Notes: generated by a model not told the origin, from the sequence alone. Shown: positions 1 to 10,820, counted from the first letter of the stretch. The stretch is 64,000 bases of DNA from a virus (IMGVR_UViG_3300032287_003622:1-64000); one strand, 5' to 3'. Numbers and translations: made by a program.

Positions 1-18
1 AGTCGTAGTCCCGAGGGT

Positions 19-1428
19 GTGATCGACACATTCTATGCTCGCAACTACGATGATGCCTATCAGCAGTACACTAAAAAATACGTCAACGACCCTCGCTGGA
101 CACAGACTGATATACGCCTAAAACAACCTTGGTTTGATGTGTATGATGACACGGGCAAGGTAGTGAAAACCATGCGGGCACATGACGGCGATACGGCCCA
201 GGACCGGGCCCAATATGAATTTGGTCAGCAGTGGACCGATGCGTGGCGGGTGTATCGCAGACCCGACGAGTCACCCGAACCGGAAAAGAAACTGAGTCCA
301 CGTGCCCAAGTGGCCAAGCGTATCACAACCAAACCCAAAACTGCGACCCAATACAACTACGACATCGTGGATCAACGCACTGTAGAACTGCGGGTGGTTG
401 ACCAATTCCGTGCAGAAACACCACAAGAAGCAGAACGAGTTTACAGTGCCTGGTTGAAGAGAAAAGACCTGCCCGATGACACTGCTAACTATGGCTATCG
501 CAAAAATGAGCAGGCCGCAGACAATCAAAGAGATAGTGTGGACATACAACGCAGACTGGGTGTGCAGGATATAGACACGGATGTGGCACAGAACTTTACT
601 CCCGACTACAGTGCATATGAACGCAACAGTGATCGTATAGATGCCATCAGAGCACAACAAAGGCAAGCACCAGATGCCACACAAAGATCAGGTTCCTGGA
701 GCATATACGATGTTACCCTGGGGCGCGAAATCACAAGAATGGACAATGTTCCATGGCAACAGGCCAATGATCGTGCCAACGAACTGGAACAAAGCACCGG
801 ACACAATATGTCAGTCCGAGGGTTATCAGAATCCATAGATCCCATCAGTGGTGCTGGTGCTGTTCCTCCAAGACAAGATCCAAAAAGCATTGGCAAGAAA
901 AGCGTAACCCCAGCGGAAAAGGTTTTCAAGAATCCTGTAAAAGGCCAGCCTTACCGCAGTGCCATTGGACAAGCCATTATACAACGAGACCTGGAAAACA
1001 TGACCCAACAAATACAAGTGGCTCGTAAACTAGGCGACAGTGTCATGGAGATGGAAGATACTCCACCTGAAGTATTGCGAGCTCTGGATCAGGCCGCACA
1101 GAAAAATGGTTATCGTAACTGGGCCGATGTCAAGGCCAACCCACGCAGTAACAGTGCTGTAATGACCGTGGCCAAGCTGGCTAACACTATCATGAAGACC
1201 ACAGGTCCACATCATGAAAAATTGTTTTACAAGAATAAGACAGATGTAGATGAAAACTTTGCTGATGGTAAAGTCAAAGGCAAAAGCCGCCCTGGACGGG
1301 TGAAACGTGCAGGTGCCAGTTGCTCGGGTAGTGTAACTGATCTACGTCGACGTGCTAAAAACTCATCGGGCGAAAAGGCCAAAATGTATCACTGGTGTGC
1401 CAACATGAAATCAGGAAAGAAAAAATGA
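19..1428 (+). CDS. Hypothetical modular virion/head-associated protein (may begin upstream of the window)
   Basis: 469-aa ORF; short segments separated by LSE/VME/VDE motifs; C-terminal block GKSRPGRVKRAGASC...MYHWCANMKSG. Confidence 0.6.
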   Translation: MIDTFYARNYDDAYQQYTKKYVNDPRWTQTDIRLKQPWFDVYDDTGKVVKTMRAHDGDTAQDRAQYEFGQQWTDAWRVYRRPDESPEPEKKLSPRAQVAKRITTKPKTATQYNYDIVDQRTVELRVVDQFRAETPQEAERVYSAWLKRKDLPDDTANYGYRKNEQAADNQRDSVDIQRRLGVQDIDTDVAQNFTPDYSAYERNSDRIDAIRAQQRQAPDATQRSGSWSIYDVTLGREITRMDNVPWQQANDRANELEQSTGHNMSVRGLSESIDPISGAGAVPPRQDPKSIGKKSVTPAEKVFKNPVKGQPYRSAIGQAIIQRDLENMTQQIQVARKLGDSVMEMEDTPPEVLRALDQAAQKNGYRNWADVKANPRSNSAVMTVAKLANTIMKTTGPHHEKLFYKNKTDVDENFADGKVKGKSRPGRVKRAGASCSGSVTDLRRRAKNSSGEKAKMYHWCANMKSGKKK

Positions 1429-2495
1429 AAAAATTATTTTTTGTATTAGCGTTACTGACCGTTAATGTTCAGGCACAAGATGCACCGACCACATTGTTAA
1501 GCTCTGGAACCATAAGCCCTTATGAAGCTCAACGAAATGGACTATTCATGGCTGCAGATTTTCTTGCGGCAGTTCCGGCCAACACACGATTTAAACTGAG
1601 CACACAGCCCTGGATGGATACCACAAACAACACCGTGGTCATCGCTAAGATGCCATTTGTGAGTGGCACCAAATATGCCAAAGACTATGCCAAGGAAGGC
1701 AGCGTGTTTGCTATAACCGAAGATGCCCGGTATCGTTATTTTGTGGGCAATGGATTACCAAACACTGCCATGGGCGACTTTCCGGTGCAACCTGGCACTC
1801 CTGCTTACAAATATTACCAGGCGGCTCCAGGCGGACACGATTTCAGAACAGGTTTTCCTGGCCACGACTATTCCAGTGCAGCGGCCATTGGTATCAGTCC
1901 TTATGAATTGAATATCCAACTGCCTAAATATCCCAAGCTAAGTGCCAAGCCAAATCCCATCGCCGCATTGCCAATTGGTGTCACACTCACAGGCACAGTA
2001 TGGCATGTTGAGATTGCCAATGCCAGCACCACAGCATGGTATCCACCAGCTTCAATCTTGCCTGTTGATCAGTGCTGGGGACATCCTTATGCTCAACAAT
2101 ATCATCTGCATGGTTACAGCTGGAAGTGTTTCCCCAACCAAGGAACCACAGGACACTCACCTTTGTTTGGCTATGCCCTGGATGGATTTGGTATCTATGG
2201 TCCCAGAGGCGATGATGGCAAAATGGTCACCAATGCCCAATTGGATGAATGTCATGGACATACTCATCCAGTGATGTGGGACGGCAAGATGCAGAATATC
2301 TATCACTATCACTTGAACCGTGAATTTCCATATGCCATTGGTTGTTTTAGAGGGGAAGTTAACTATGACCAAGCCCTAGGGTCGGCTGACATGAGAGCAC
2401 ACAACAAACCTCATGGAGTACCAGGCAAAGGACACAACCATAAGAGTCACGGAAAGCCAGGTATTATTGCAGTACCAATTGGAGCCTTCCAGTAA
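1425..2495 (+). CDS. YHYH-domain secreted protein
   Basis: Signal peptide MKKLFFVLALLTVNVQA; motifs GHP..QQYHLH, GYALDGFGIYGP, LDECHGH, YHYH. Confidence 0.85.
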   Translation: MKKLFFVLALLTVNVQAQDAPTTLLSSGTISPYEAQRNGLFMAADFLAAVPANTRFKLSTQPWMDTTNNTVVIAKMPFVSGTKYAKDYAKEGSVFAITEDARYRYFVGNGLPNTAMGDFPVQPGTPAYKYYQAAPGGHDFRTGFPGHDYSSAAAIGISPYELNIQLPKYPKLSAKPNPIAALPIGVTLTGTVWHVEIANASTTAWYPPASILPVDQCWGHPYAQQYHLHGYSWKCFPNQGTTGHSPLFGYALDGFGIYGPRGDDGKMVTNAQLDECHGHTHPVMWDGKMQNIYHYHLNREFPYAIGCFRGEVNYDQALGSADMRAHNKPHGVPGKGHNHKSHGKPGIIAVPIGAFQ

Positions 2496-3680
2496 ATGCG
2501 AGCACAAGAGCTGGGATCCGGCAAGCTGGTCATATTTGACATTGATGACACCTTAGTCAACACTGACACACGAGTCAACGTGGTGCAGGATGGCCGAGTC
2601 ATCAAGCAGTTGAACAGCCACGACTTTACTCACTACAAACTGGGTCCCGGTGAAACATTTGACTTTGGTGCGTTCAAAGATGCCAGAGAATTTTTTACCA
2701 AGGCTCGACCTATACCTGGCATGATCAAGCAGTTGAAACATGACATAGCCACAGGCAACAGAGTGATCATGCTCACAGCACGTAGTGACTTCAATGACCG
2801 TGATGTGTTCTTGGACACATTCCGACGCTTTGGCATAGACATGGATCAAGTTCACGTATATCGTGCAGGCAATCTTGCCATCAAAGCGGCCACTGAAGAA
2901 AAGAAAAAAATCATTCTCAAGCATTTGTTGGGTAAAGAACACTTTGACAAGCTGATCATGTACGATGACAGTGTACCCAACTTGAATGCCTTCTTGAGCT
3001 TGAAGCAGGATTATCCCTACAGCAAATTTTACGCCTGGCATGTAGATCCAAACGGTCAGGCCACGGAATATCATAGAACCGACGAAGGACAAGTCATGGA
3101 GATCGCACGAATCCCAGTGGGGGATTTTGGTGACAAAGACACCATCATACCCATGCGTGAGCCAAGAAATTCACGCCCCCTGCCTGGCGGCAGTGACTAT
3201 ACCTATGCTGTCAAAAGCACAGCCAACCGCCGAGAAATAACCTTGTTTGATCAGGGCAAGATCATAGCCGAACTGGATCTCATAGACAGCGTGTATCCTG
3301 CCAACACCTGGGAAGTGGCAGCCATTGTGGTGGATCCTGACTATCGTGGACAGGCCCTGGGCTTGGCCTTGTATGGCATAGCACTCAGTGAGTTGAAGCT
3401 GACTCTCCGAGCAGGACGCACACAGACCCGACACGGTCAGGCCATGTGGCTCAAATTGAATCAGATACCCGGAGTAGAAATACGCGGGGTCACCAAGGCA
3501 AGACGCAGTCAATACAAAGAAAAAGCTGGCAATGAAATCCTGGGACAAAACAAACAGTATGTGTGGTACACCTTCCCTGTTACCGCTGGCAGTCGTAGCA
3601 TGCGCAGCGGTCAGCGTGGAGTGGCCCTATACAGCTATGACACACCCAGCACCATGATAGCACAGTGGAGAGGCCAATGA
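2496..3680 (+). CDS. HAD-family phosphatase fused to a GNAT-like acetyltransferase domain
   Basis: FDIDDTL (HAD motif I), LTAR, YDDS; C-terminal VDPDYRGQALG acetyl-CoA-binding motif. Confidence 0.8.
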   Translation: MRAQELGSGKLVIFDIDDTLVNTDTRVNVVQDGRVIKQLNSHDFTHYKLGPGETFDFGAFKDAREFFTKARPIPGMIKQLKHDIATGNRVIMLTARSDFNDRDVFLDTFRRFGIDMDQVHVYRAGNLAIKAATEEKKKIILKHLLGKEHFDKLIMYDDSVPNLNAFLSLKQDYPYSKFYAWHVDPNGQATEYHRTDEGQVMEIARIPVGDFGDKDTIIPMREPRNSRPLPGGSDYTYAVKSTANRREITLFDQGKIIAELDLIDSVYPANTWEVAAIVVDPDYRGQALGLALYGIALSELKLTLRAGRTQTRHGQAMWLKLNQIPGVEIRGVTKARRSQYKEKAGNEILGQNKQYVWYTFPVTAGSRSMRSGQRGVALYSYDTPSTMIAQWRGQ

Positions 3681-3865
3681 AAGCCCGAGAAATATATCCC
3701 AAATACAAGTTATGGACCGCACCTGTGCGCATACAACAGCCCGACTATGTGGGCTACATTGACGTCACAGTCACGGCACCCAATCAGCAAGATGCCCGCA
3801 GACTCATGCGAGCCCAGTATGGTGTGCCCGACTGGCATGTGGGTTCGGTGCGTGAACTAAAATAA
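3677..3865 (+). CDS. Small hypothetical protein
   Basis: ATG overlaps the upstream stop; N-terminus MKAREI. Confidence 0.65.
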   Translation: MKAREIYPKYKLWTAPVRIQQPDYVGYIDVTVTAPNQQDARRLMRAQYGVPDWHVGSVRELK

Positions 3866-3883
3866 GCGGCTGCTAAATACAGC

Positions 3884-4171
3884 ATGAGCAAAAAGTTCGT
3901 GCGTGTGTTGGCAGATGTGGACTGTGAATGGGAAGGATTAAATCCCATTTATCGTGTGTATGTCAACGACGAACTGTTTGCAGAACGCACCTGGCGCTGG
4001 ACTAAGGAATACCTGGAAGAAATGTTGCAGATTGAAGCCGAACCCGGTGACTACCGACTGCGTTGGGAGCTGGTTCCACCGCACTTGGCCCGACTTTTAG
4101 TAAACAATGTGCATGTGGATTTTGGCCCTGGACATATGGTAGACGATTCGACACTTAGGATAACTGGATGA
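3884..4171 (+). CDS. Hypothetical protein
   Basis: 95-aa ORF preceded by a CTAAATA late-promoter-like motif. Confidence 0.7.
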   Translation: MSKKFVRVLADVDCEWEGLNPIYRVYVNDELFAERTWRWTKEYLEEMLQIEAEPGDYRLRWELVPPHLARLLVNNVHVDFGPGHMVDDSTLRITG

Positions 4172-4371
4172 GAGCACAAGAATTTATCGCAGAAACAGCT
4201 TCAGCAGGAGCCACAGGCTCGGGTAGCATAGCCACTGTAGCACAGCCCTTGGGCGGTGTGATCACAAGAAATGCTGGATCTTTCTTTTCTGGTAAATACT
4301 CTAACAGTGCGGATCCGTATCCCAATACGCCTGCCTACATGAAAAAAGGAAAGAAGTCACGTGCTCGCTGA
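4168..4371 (+). CDS. Small putative internal head protein
   Basis: N-terminus MRAQEFIAE resembles the T4 capsid-targeting sequence MKTYQEFIAE. Confidence 0.65.
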   Translation: MRAQEFIAETASAGATGSGSIATVAQPLGGVITRNAGSFFSGKYSNSADPYPNTPAYMKKGKKSRAR

Positions 4372-4801
4372 TTTGTTAAAGGTTTATCTAGCTTCAACAT
4401 TTGCTTATTATTTGAAAGCACACTATTTCCACTGGAATGTGGAAGGCCCAGATTTTGGCGAATTGCACGAATTTTTCAGCAACATCTACGAAGATGCTTT
4501 TGGAGCTGTAGATCCCATTGCCGAATACATAAGAACCACAGAAGAATATGCACCCGGAAGTTTTCAACGCTTCCAAGAACTCACACAGATACAGGGACAG
4601 ACCAAGGTTCCCCGTGCCCGATTAATGTTAGAAGAATTACTCGCAGACACACAGACCATGAAGGACATGAGCAAGCAGTTGTTTGATGCTGCCACAGCCG
4701 AAGGTCGTGAAGATGTAGCCAATTTTGCTGCCGAGCGCCAAAGCGCACACGGCAAGTACATGTGGCAATTAAAGAGTTATTTGAAAGACGCAAGGGCATG
4801 A
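4361..4801 (+). CDS. dps: Dps/ferritin-like DNA-protection protein
   Basis: KAHYFHWNVEGPDFGELHEFF and D-x-I-A-E ferroxidase motif; C-terminal HGKYMWQL. Confidence 0.92.
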   Translation: MLADLLKVYLASTFAYYLKAHYFHWNVEGPDFGELHEFFSNIYEDAFGAVDPIAEYIRTTEEYAPGSFQRFQELTQIQGQTKVPRARLMLEELLADTQTMKDMSKQLFDAATAEGREDVANFAAERQSAHGKYMWQLKSYLKDARA

Positions 4802-4804
4802 ATC

Positions 4805-5524
4805 GTGGCACAAGACCATAACGACATCTACACCATCGTGGAAAAATTGGCCATCCTAGAAGGCCGTATCACTCCCACTGGTGTAAAAAAAGGTCTCAAC
4901 CCACAACAGCGATCAGTGCCACAGATGCCGGCCCTGTTCCGACCAAAAACACAAAAAATACTTGGCGGCAATCCCAATGCCAAGAATCCCATGAGTGGCT
5001 ACATGGTAGGCAGTGATGAAAGTGCCGAACGTGAAGACGCTGTGCTGGAAGCAGAAATGGCCGAAGATGTCCTGGAAAAAGTCAAAAAATCATTTACAGA
5101 TTTTATCAAACAAGCCGAAGAAGAAATCAAAGACAGCGACATCAAAGACAAAAAACAAGAAGACACAGATCTCAAAAACAAAGACGCCAAGGATCGGGGT
5201 CTCAAAGCCAAGGACCATCCAGTCACTAAAGACCCCGACGATGATCAAGAAGACTTGCCCAGCGACCTTGCATATCAGCGTGGAGAAAGTCCTTATGATG
5301 CTCCAGAGCGTCAGGTGGAATCTGCGCCAGTGAAAACCGTAACCAACGAATGTGGAGTTTATGAAATGCATGGCAACGAACTCGACGGCTTTGAAGTGCG
5401 TCGTGCAGGACGTAGTCTGCCCACCAGATTTGCTACCTTAGATGAAGCCGAAATGGCCATAGAAATGTTTGCACATCGTCGCAGAATGGCCGACGAGTCA
5501 CAAGATTACCTGGATGAAGAATAA
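4805..5524 (+). CDS. Acidic hypothetical virion-associated protein
   Basis: 239-aa D/E/K-rich ORF, coupled to the next gene. Confidence 0.65.
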   Translation: MAQDHNDIYTIVEKLAILEGRITPTGVKKGLNPQQRSVPQMPALFRPKTQKILGGNPNAKNPMSGYMVGSDESAEREDAVLEAEMAEDVLEKVKKSFTDFIKQAEEEIKDSDIKDKKQEDTDLKNKDAKDRGLKAKDHPVTKDPDDDQEDLPSDLAYQRGESPYDAPERQVESAPVKTVTNECGVYEMHGNELDGFEVRRAGRSLPTRFATLDEAEMAIEMFAHRRRMADESQDYLDEE

Positions 5525-8484
5525 TGCTTAGTATAGATTTGTTTGATTCAAAATTTGAAAAGAAATTGCACGAAGGTGCTGTAGATGATGCAGAATATGC
5601 TCGCCTTAAAAAACTTGGCGAAAAGATTGATTACCTAAAACAAGCACGGGCCAAGACCAAAGATGCCGAAATGCAACGTGCCATAGATGGGCGTATCAAA
5701 GAATACAACGACGAACGCATGGAGATTCTCAGTGTGCGTGGCATGAAAGAAGCCGAACAACCCACACAACGTCCCAGCAAACAAGATCCATTCGCTTATG
5801 TCAAGCCCGATCCCCGAGGAATTGGTGACATACAAGATCCTAAACAAAAGATGGCGCAGTTGACACAACGGGCCAAGAAAGGTCCCTTGGCCAATGTAGG
5901 TGCTGGCATCAAAGGATTCTTGACCGGCAAGGAAGAACCTCTGGATGAAGAACAAGAGCTGGGCCGCCGAGGCATTGGCATGGCCAACATGAAGGCATTG
6001 CAGGCCACTGTGGAAAAAGGATTTGCCAGGACCATATTCCAGTTCCCCACAGGCAAATATGTGGTCGGCGAAGATGACACTGACAAAATGGCCGACTACT
6101 ACAATGGCCAGGATGCAGCTGGTCGCACCAATTTTGTTTACAATGTGCTAGGCGACGGAATGAAGTTTATACAAATGTGCAAACAGTTAGGCATCCAGGT
6201 CGCACCAGTGGAGCCACAACAGCCAGAACTACCTGGTATGCCCCAGGTCAGTCCACAAGGTCAATTGCCTTTATCAGAAAAAAAAAAGTCTAACAGCGAC
6301 GACCTAAAGGCCGGTGATGTCAAGACTGCCAGAGAAATACAGAAAATAAGAGCGCAATATCCAGCAGCTCGCAGCGACATAGAAGCCTTGGCCCGTGCGG
6401 AAATCGACAGCACAGAACGCAGCCAACAACAGATAGGCAACCTGCGCTCGGCCAATAGCAAACAAGACGAACTGCTCAAACAGATCATGGACCTGGATCG
6501 CGAGCAAAGCAAGGAAATTGACACCCTTGACAATGAAAACGACAGCCTAGAACAGCAGTTGGCCCGAGTACAGGGTCTTAATGACAGATTGACACAGACC
6601 GTGGCTCAGATGTCCGGCACACCAAGACCCGTGGCAAAAACTGCACAAAGGCAAGCACAAAAAACCGCAACATCCACTATTGATCTCATGCCTGATGCTC
6701 CAGCCGATCAGCCAAAAGTTGTCCCCGTGCGCGAACCTGAGGTAAAACCAGATCAAAAGAATGCCGCACAAAAAGACGAACTACCAAATTTAAACCCAGC
6801 CAAAGTTGATGACACAAATGTCATAAAATTTACCCCTCCAGAAAAACTGGTCAAACTTCAAAAGGCCGCGGAATCACGAATCAAAGAACACGGTGGCGGT
6901 ATAGGCCCTAAGCAACACTGGCAAGATCTCATGCAGGAAGGTCAGCCACAAGAACTCATACATCGTTATCTGGCCATTGACGCCGAAAACGATGTAGACG
7001 CAGTGCGAGCAGCCATACAGGCCATTAGCCGAGACTCTGGCTTGAGTGTGACCAGCAAGAGCCGCCTGCTGGGACAGATTGGCATGATAATCCGACGACA
7101 TCGCTTGCCCATTGGCAGATCATACTATCAGTTCATGCAACAGTACATGGAAGACATCAACGAAACTGCACTAAATCCAAAAGATCTCAAAGGCGATTAT
7201 GAGGCCAAGCGTCGTGCATTACATGACTTGTCATTGAACAAGAATGTCGATCAGCAAGCTGTTTTACAACGCAGATTGGATTTGGACCGAGAAGCCAAGG
7301 CCAAGGGGTTAGCAGAAACTGTGACCAATGTAAAGGCCGGCATGGCTGAAATATATCGCAGATTGGCTCCCAAAATTGAACGCCACAGAGACAGTTTCCT
7401 TGCTGGACAACTGTATGATGAACTGGAAAACTATGCTGAACTGCACGGTGCCGAAGGCGAGTTCAAACGCATGATGGCCACGGCTAGGAATAGTGCCCAC
7501 ATGGAATACGACACCAACCCCGGCGGATTCCAAAACTGGTTCTGGTTCCTACCGTTTGAGGATCAAGATGTAGCAGAAGGCGCCGATGACGTCAAAAAGC
7601 GAATGTCCAAGTTGGAAGCACTGGCTCTGGCTGCAAATCGTGCAGGTGATGATGCAAAATGCAAAATGTATCAGCAAAAGATTCAATCACTCAAACAAAA
7701 ACTGTCGCAAAGCATGGCGGAAGGCTGGAGCGATCAAGGCAACCCTACCCCTTATTCAGTCTACATCGACGGTCGTGAATGGCGGGCCTATAAGAGTGAT
7801 GATCATGCCAGAGCCGTGGCAGAAAAAGTGCGTGCCAATTTAAAACGTCAAAGTCGTGACCAGACCGTGACCATAGCACCCAGCAAGGCCAAACGAGTGC
7901 AGGAAGATTTTGGCATGCCCGGCACTACCATTCCACGCAAGAGTCTCATACAAGGTTACACAGTGTTTTGGAATCCCAAGACACAAGTAGTCAGTGTAAC
8001 CCGTGGTGGCGACAGTGAAGAAGCCGCCATTGAACAGGCACGTGTGGGCACACCCAGCATGAAGAATTTCCGCCAAGCGGCTGACAGATTGATTGACAGG
8101 ATAGAAAGCGATTTAACAGAAAACTTAACCCGCGAACCGCGCACAGCTCGTGAACGTGATGACATGATAGACAAGATACGCAGAATGATGACCCAGGATC
8201 GAAACCCTGCCAATCTGCAGATCATGAAGAAAGACATAGAGATGTTGCAGACCAAGTATCGTGATCTCAAAGAAGACAGCGGCAGTGGCGAAGCCGTGGA
8301 AATGGCCATCATGCGCAGAATGTTGGTGGCACACACTGATCTCATTGTTGAGTTTGGTCTTGACAAGGTAGTCGATGCCATAGAAGAAGTGGCCTACAAC
8401 GTGGGCGACACCGACGAAATTGGAAGCAGTGATGTATCGGGTTGGGTGCGACAGGTCAAACAGATCCTGGGTGCTGAAGTATGA
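5524..8484 (+). CDS. Large mosaic protein, probable protease-processed head cargo
   Basis: 986 aa; coiled coil; repeated hydrophobic-x-E junctions (LHE, LDE, LSE, INE, LAE, VAE, MAE, VQE, LTE, LKE). Confidence 0.7.
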   Translation: MLSIDLFDSKFEKKLHEGAVDDAEYARLKKLGEKIDYLKQARAKTKDAEMQRAIDGRIKEYNDERMEILSVRGMKEAEQPTQRPSKQDPFAYVKPDPRGIGDIQDPKQKMAQLTQRAKKGPLANVGAGIKGFLTGKEEPLDEEQELGRRGIGMANMKALQATVEKGFARTIFQFPTGKYVVGEDDTDKMADYYNGQDAAGRTNFVYNVLGDGMKFIQMCKQLGIQVAPVEPQQPELPGMPQVSPQGQLPLSEKKKSNSDDLKAGDVKTAREIQKIRAQYPAARSDIEALARAEIDSTERSQQQIGNLRSANSKQDELLKQIMDLDREQSKEIDTLDNENDSLEQQLARVQGLNDRLTQTVAQMSGTPRPVAKTAQRQAQKTATSTIDLMPDAPADQPKVVPVREPEVKPDQKNAAQKDELPNLNPAKVDDTNVIKFTPPEKLVKLQKAAESRIKEHGGGIGPKQHWQDLMQEGQPQELIHRYLAIDAENDVDAVRAAIQAISRDSGLSVTSKSRLLGQIGMIIRRHRLPIGRSYYQFMQQYMEDINETALNPKDLKGDYEAKRRALHDLSLNKNVDQQAVLQRRLDLDREAKAKGLAETVTNVKAGMAEIYRRLAPKIERHRDSFLAGQLYDELENYAELHGAEGEFKRMMATARNSAHMEYDTNPGGFQNWFWFLPFEDQDVAEGADDVKKRMSKLEALALAANRAGDDAKCKMYQQKIQSLKQKLSQSMAEGWSDQGNPTPYSVYIDGREWRAYKSDDHARAVAEKVRANLKRQSRDQTVTIAPSKAKRVQEDFGMPGTTIPRKSLIQGYTVFWNPKTQVVSVTRGGDSEEAAIEQARVGTPSMKNFRQAADRLIDRIESDLTENLTREPRTARERDDMIDKIRRMMTQDRNPANLQIMKKDIEMLQTKYRDLKEDSGSGEAVEMAIMRRMLVAHTDLIVEFGLDKVVDAIEEVAYNVGDTDEIGSSDVSGWVRQVKQILGAEV

Positions 8485-9785
8485 GATTCCAAGAAATCCA
8501 AGAAGCATGCTGGACAGGATACCAACAACAGGGCATGAAGAAGAAAGGTGACCGCCAGGTACCCAACTGTGTGCCCGTGGAAGAGGTCAAGATAGGTCCA
8601 GAAATCACTGGCCGGGATTTGCTATTCAAAGCAGCTGCCATGGCCATGCGAGATGCCAGCCATGAAGGCATCAGCTTGGACTATGAACAGGCTATCAAGC
8701 AAGCCAGCCGGATATATGGCATACCTTACCAACCCAGTGAGCTACCTAAGTTACTGGCACAACGAGCAGAAATAGACCGCCAGTTGGCCCTGCTGAAACA
8801 AGGTAAACAAGTGGCCAAAGCTCGTAGACAAGAAAAACGAGCACCCACACCGGCTGGCGCCGACGAATACTGGAAGACACATGCCTTGCCCACAGATCGT
8901 ATCAAGCCTGCTACCAAATCTCTAGAAGAAGCCATAGATCCATTCTTGGACAATGCGGCCAGAGAGCTACTGGGTCTAGTTATCATAGCCGGCGGCGCAT
9001 TTGCAGTAGGAACCTATTACACCATAGTCAACAAACTGAAAAAATATCAAGGAAGTCAAATCATAGATGCCCTGGAACACAAAGGCGTGACCATGAATCG
9101 CACTACCTATGAACAGGTCAAACCTTTACTGGATCAATTTCGTCAGGCACTCAAGGATGATGAAGGCGAGCAAGCCAAGATGTTGGCAAAACGTATTGAA
9201 CAAATGATAGTCATGGGCAAGTTAAGTGCCCCAGAGCCTCAAGCACAAGACACAACCCTAGTTGCCAAAGAAAAGGAACTGGCTGAGGATTTGAAAAAGT
9301 GGTTCAAAGAAAAGTGGGTGCGTTTTGGTCCCGACGGCAAGATCCGTGGCGACTGTGCCCGAGGATCCAGCAAAGAAGGCAAACCCAAGTGCTTGCCACA
9401 AAGCAAAGCACATGCACTAGGCAAAAAAGGCCGTGCGTCGGCCGCGGCCAAGAAGCGCAGAGAGGATCCCAATCCTGAACGCAGAGGCCCAGCCAAGAAT
9501 GTGGCAACAAAAGTAAAAGAAGCAAATGTAAAAAGACCTCAACCTTATCACGACAAGGATTGGCACAAAAAACTAAGTCCAGAAGATTTAAGAAAATTAA
9601 CTGGACCAGACTATAAGAAAATCAATCAACAAAGAAAAGAAAAAAAAGAACTAGATGAAAAACAAGACGCCTGCTACAACAAAGTAAAAAGCCGCTACAA
9701 GGTCTGGCCGTCGGCTTATGCGTCAGGTGCCTTGGTCCAATGCCGTAAGAAAGGTGCCGCTAACTGGGGCAATAAGAAAAAATGA
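8481..9785 (+). CDS. Mosaic basic phage protein, probable head cargo
   Basis: Blocks EACWTGY..VPNCVP, EDLKKWFKEKWV..KPKCLP and DACYNKVKSRYKVWPSAYASGALVQCRKKG. Confidence 0.7.
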   Translation: MRFQEIQEACWTGYQQQGMKKKGDRQVPNCVPVEEVKIGPEITGRDLLFKAAAMAMRDASHEGISLDYEQAIKQASRIYGIPYQPSELPKLLAQRAEIDRQLALLKQGKQVAKARRQEKRAPTPAGADEYWKTHALPTDRIKPATKSLEEAIDPFLDNAARELLGLVIIAGGAFAVGTYYTIVNKLKKYQGSQIIDALEHKGVTMNRTTYEQVKPLLDQFRQALKDDEGEQAKMLAKRIEQMIVMGKLSAPEPQAQDTTLVAKEKELAEDLKKWFKEKWVRFGPDGKIRGDCARGSSKEGKPKCLPQSKAHALGKKGRASAAAKKRREDPNPERRGPAKNVATKVKEANVKRPQPYHDKDWHKKLSPEDLRKLTGPDYKKINQQRKEKKELDEKQDACYNKVKSRYKVWPSAYASGALVQCRKKGAANWGNKKK

Positions 9786-10195
9786 GAAACTATATTAACT
9801 TGATTGAAGCCATAGAGTCAGGATGCCCGCCCGCAACACAGAGCATTGAGCTCAATCTCAAGAACAGACAGAAGGCCATAGATGAATATCATTATGGTCC
9901 GTTAAATCCCAACGAGCCCAATGAAGAATACTGGGCCGAAATTGCAGATCAATGGAACACTGATATAGAACAAGCCAAGAGTGCCCGTTGCGGTAACTGT
10001 GCCGCCTTTGATGTCACTGAAAAAATGCAGGCGTGTATAGCCAAAGGTATTGGTACAGAGCCCGGAAGTGATCCGCATGATACCATTGACGCAGGTACCT
10101 TGGGATATTGTAAATTCTTAAAATTTAAATGTGCATCTAAGAGAACGTGCTCGTCCTGGGTTGAAGGAGGCCCAATTCGAGATGAAGATCAGTGA
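9782..10195 (+). CDS. Cys-rich hypothetical protein (possible Zn binding)
   Basis: CGNCAAF...GYC...FKC...RTC..W. Confidence 0.7.
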   Translation: MRNYINLIEAIESGCPPATQSIELNLKNRQKAIDEYHYGPLNPNEPNEEYWAEIADQWNTDIEQAKSARCGNCAAFDVTEKMQACIAKGIGTEPGSDPHDTIDAGTLGYCKFLKFKCASKRTCSSWVEGGPIRDEDQ

Positions 10196-10820
10196 TTTCC
10201 GTATAGAGAATCATGACAAGTTAGATGGCATACTGGTCGAACTGTGCGAAATGGTTATCCGTGGTCAACAACAAGATCCTGATCAGTATGGCATGGTGGC
10301 CGCGGCCGTGCTGGATCCTAATCAACGACTGGTCATGGCACTGAATCACGCCCAAGGTGATAAAGATGTGCATGCCGAACGTGCGGCCATAGACAAGTAT
10401 AAAAAGCAGTATGGTGATTTACCAGAAGGTAGCATCATCATCACTACCTGTAGCCCTTGCACCGAACCCATGCCCGAGCGTGTGGGCGCAAGTTGTAGAG
10501 ATCTAATCAGTTCAACGCCGGTCCACAAAGTCTATGCCGGCTATCGGGATCCCAGCCAGCAAACAGGACCTGGCGACAAGACCTATCACTTACAAATTAC
10601 ACGCAATAAAAAGATACGAGAACTGTGTCGACAGTTTGCAGACACTTGGCTAAAACGGCAATTAGAAGAATTAAGTTTCTTAGGAAGTCCATGCACCCGA
10701 GACTGCTCGGGACATAGAGCTGGCTATGCATGGAGTCAAAGTCAAGGCGGACAAGTGGCACAAAGTCCATTCAGTCCCAGCTTCAATAAAGGTAGTCAAC
10801 TGCATGTGGACGGCAAATGA
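10182..10820 (+). CDS. Zn-dependent cytidine/deoxycytidylate deaminase-like protein with a C-terminal extra module
   Basis: HAE and SPC motifs with a later Cys; tail SPCTRDCSGHRAGYAW after an LEE junction. Confidence 0.78.
   Translation: MKISDFRIENHDKLDGILVELCEMVIRGQQQDPDQYGMVAAAVLDPNQRLVMALNHAQGDKDVHAERAAIDKYKKQYGDLPEGSIIITTCSPCTEPMPERVGASCRDLISSTPVHKVYAGYRDPSQQTGPGDKTYHLQITRNKKIRELCRQFADTWLKRQLEELSFLGSPCTRDCSGHRAGYAWSQSQGGQVAQSPFSPSFNKGSQLHVDGK

Noticed and set aside
6278-6288. A-run resembling an A-AAA-AAG slippery site
   Set aside because: The ORF continues in frame (EKKK) and no stimulatory structure is evident.
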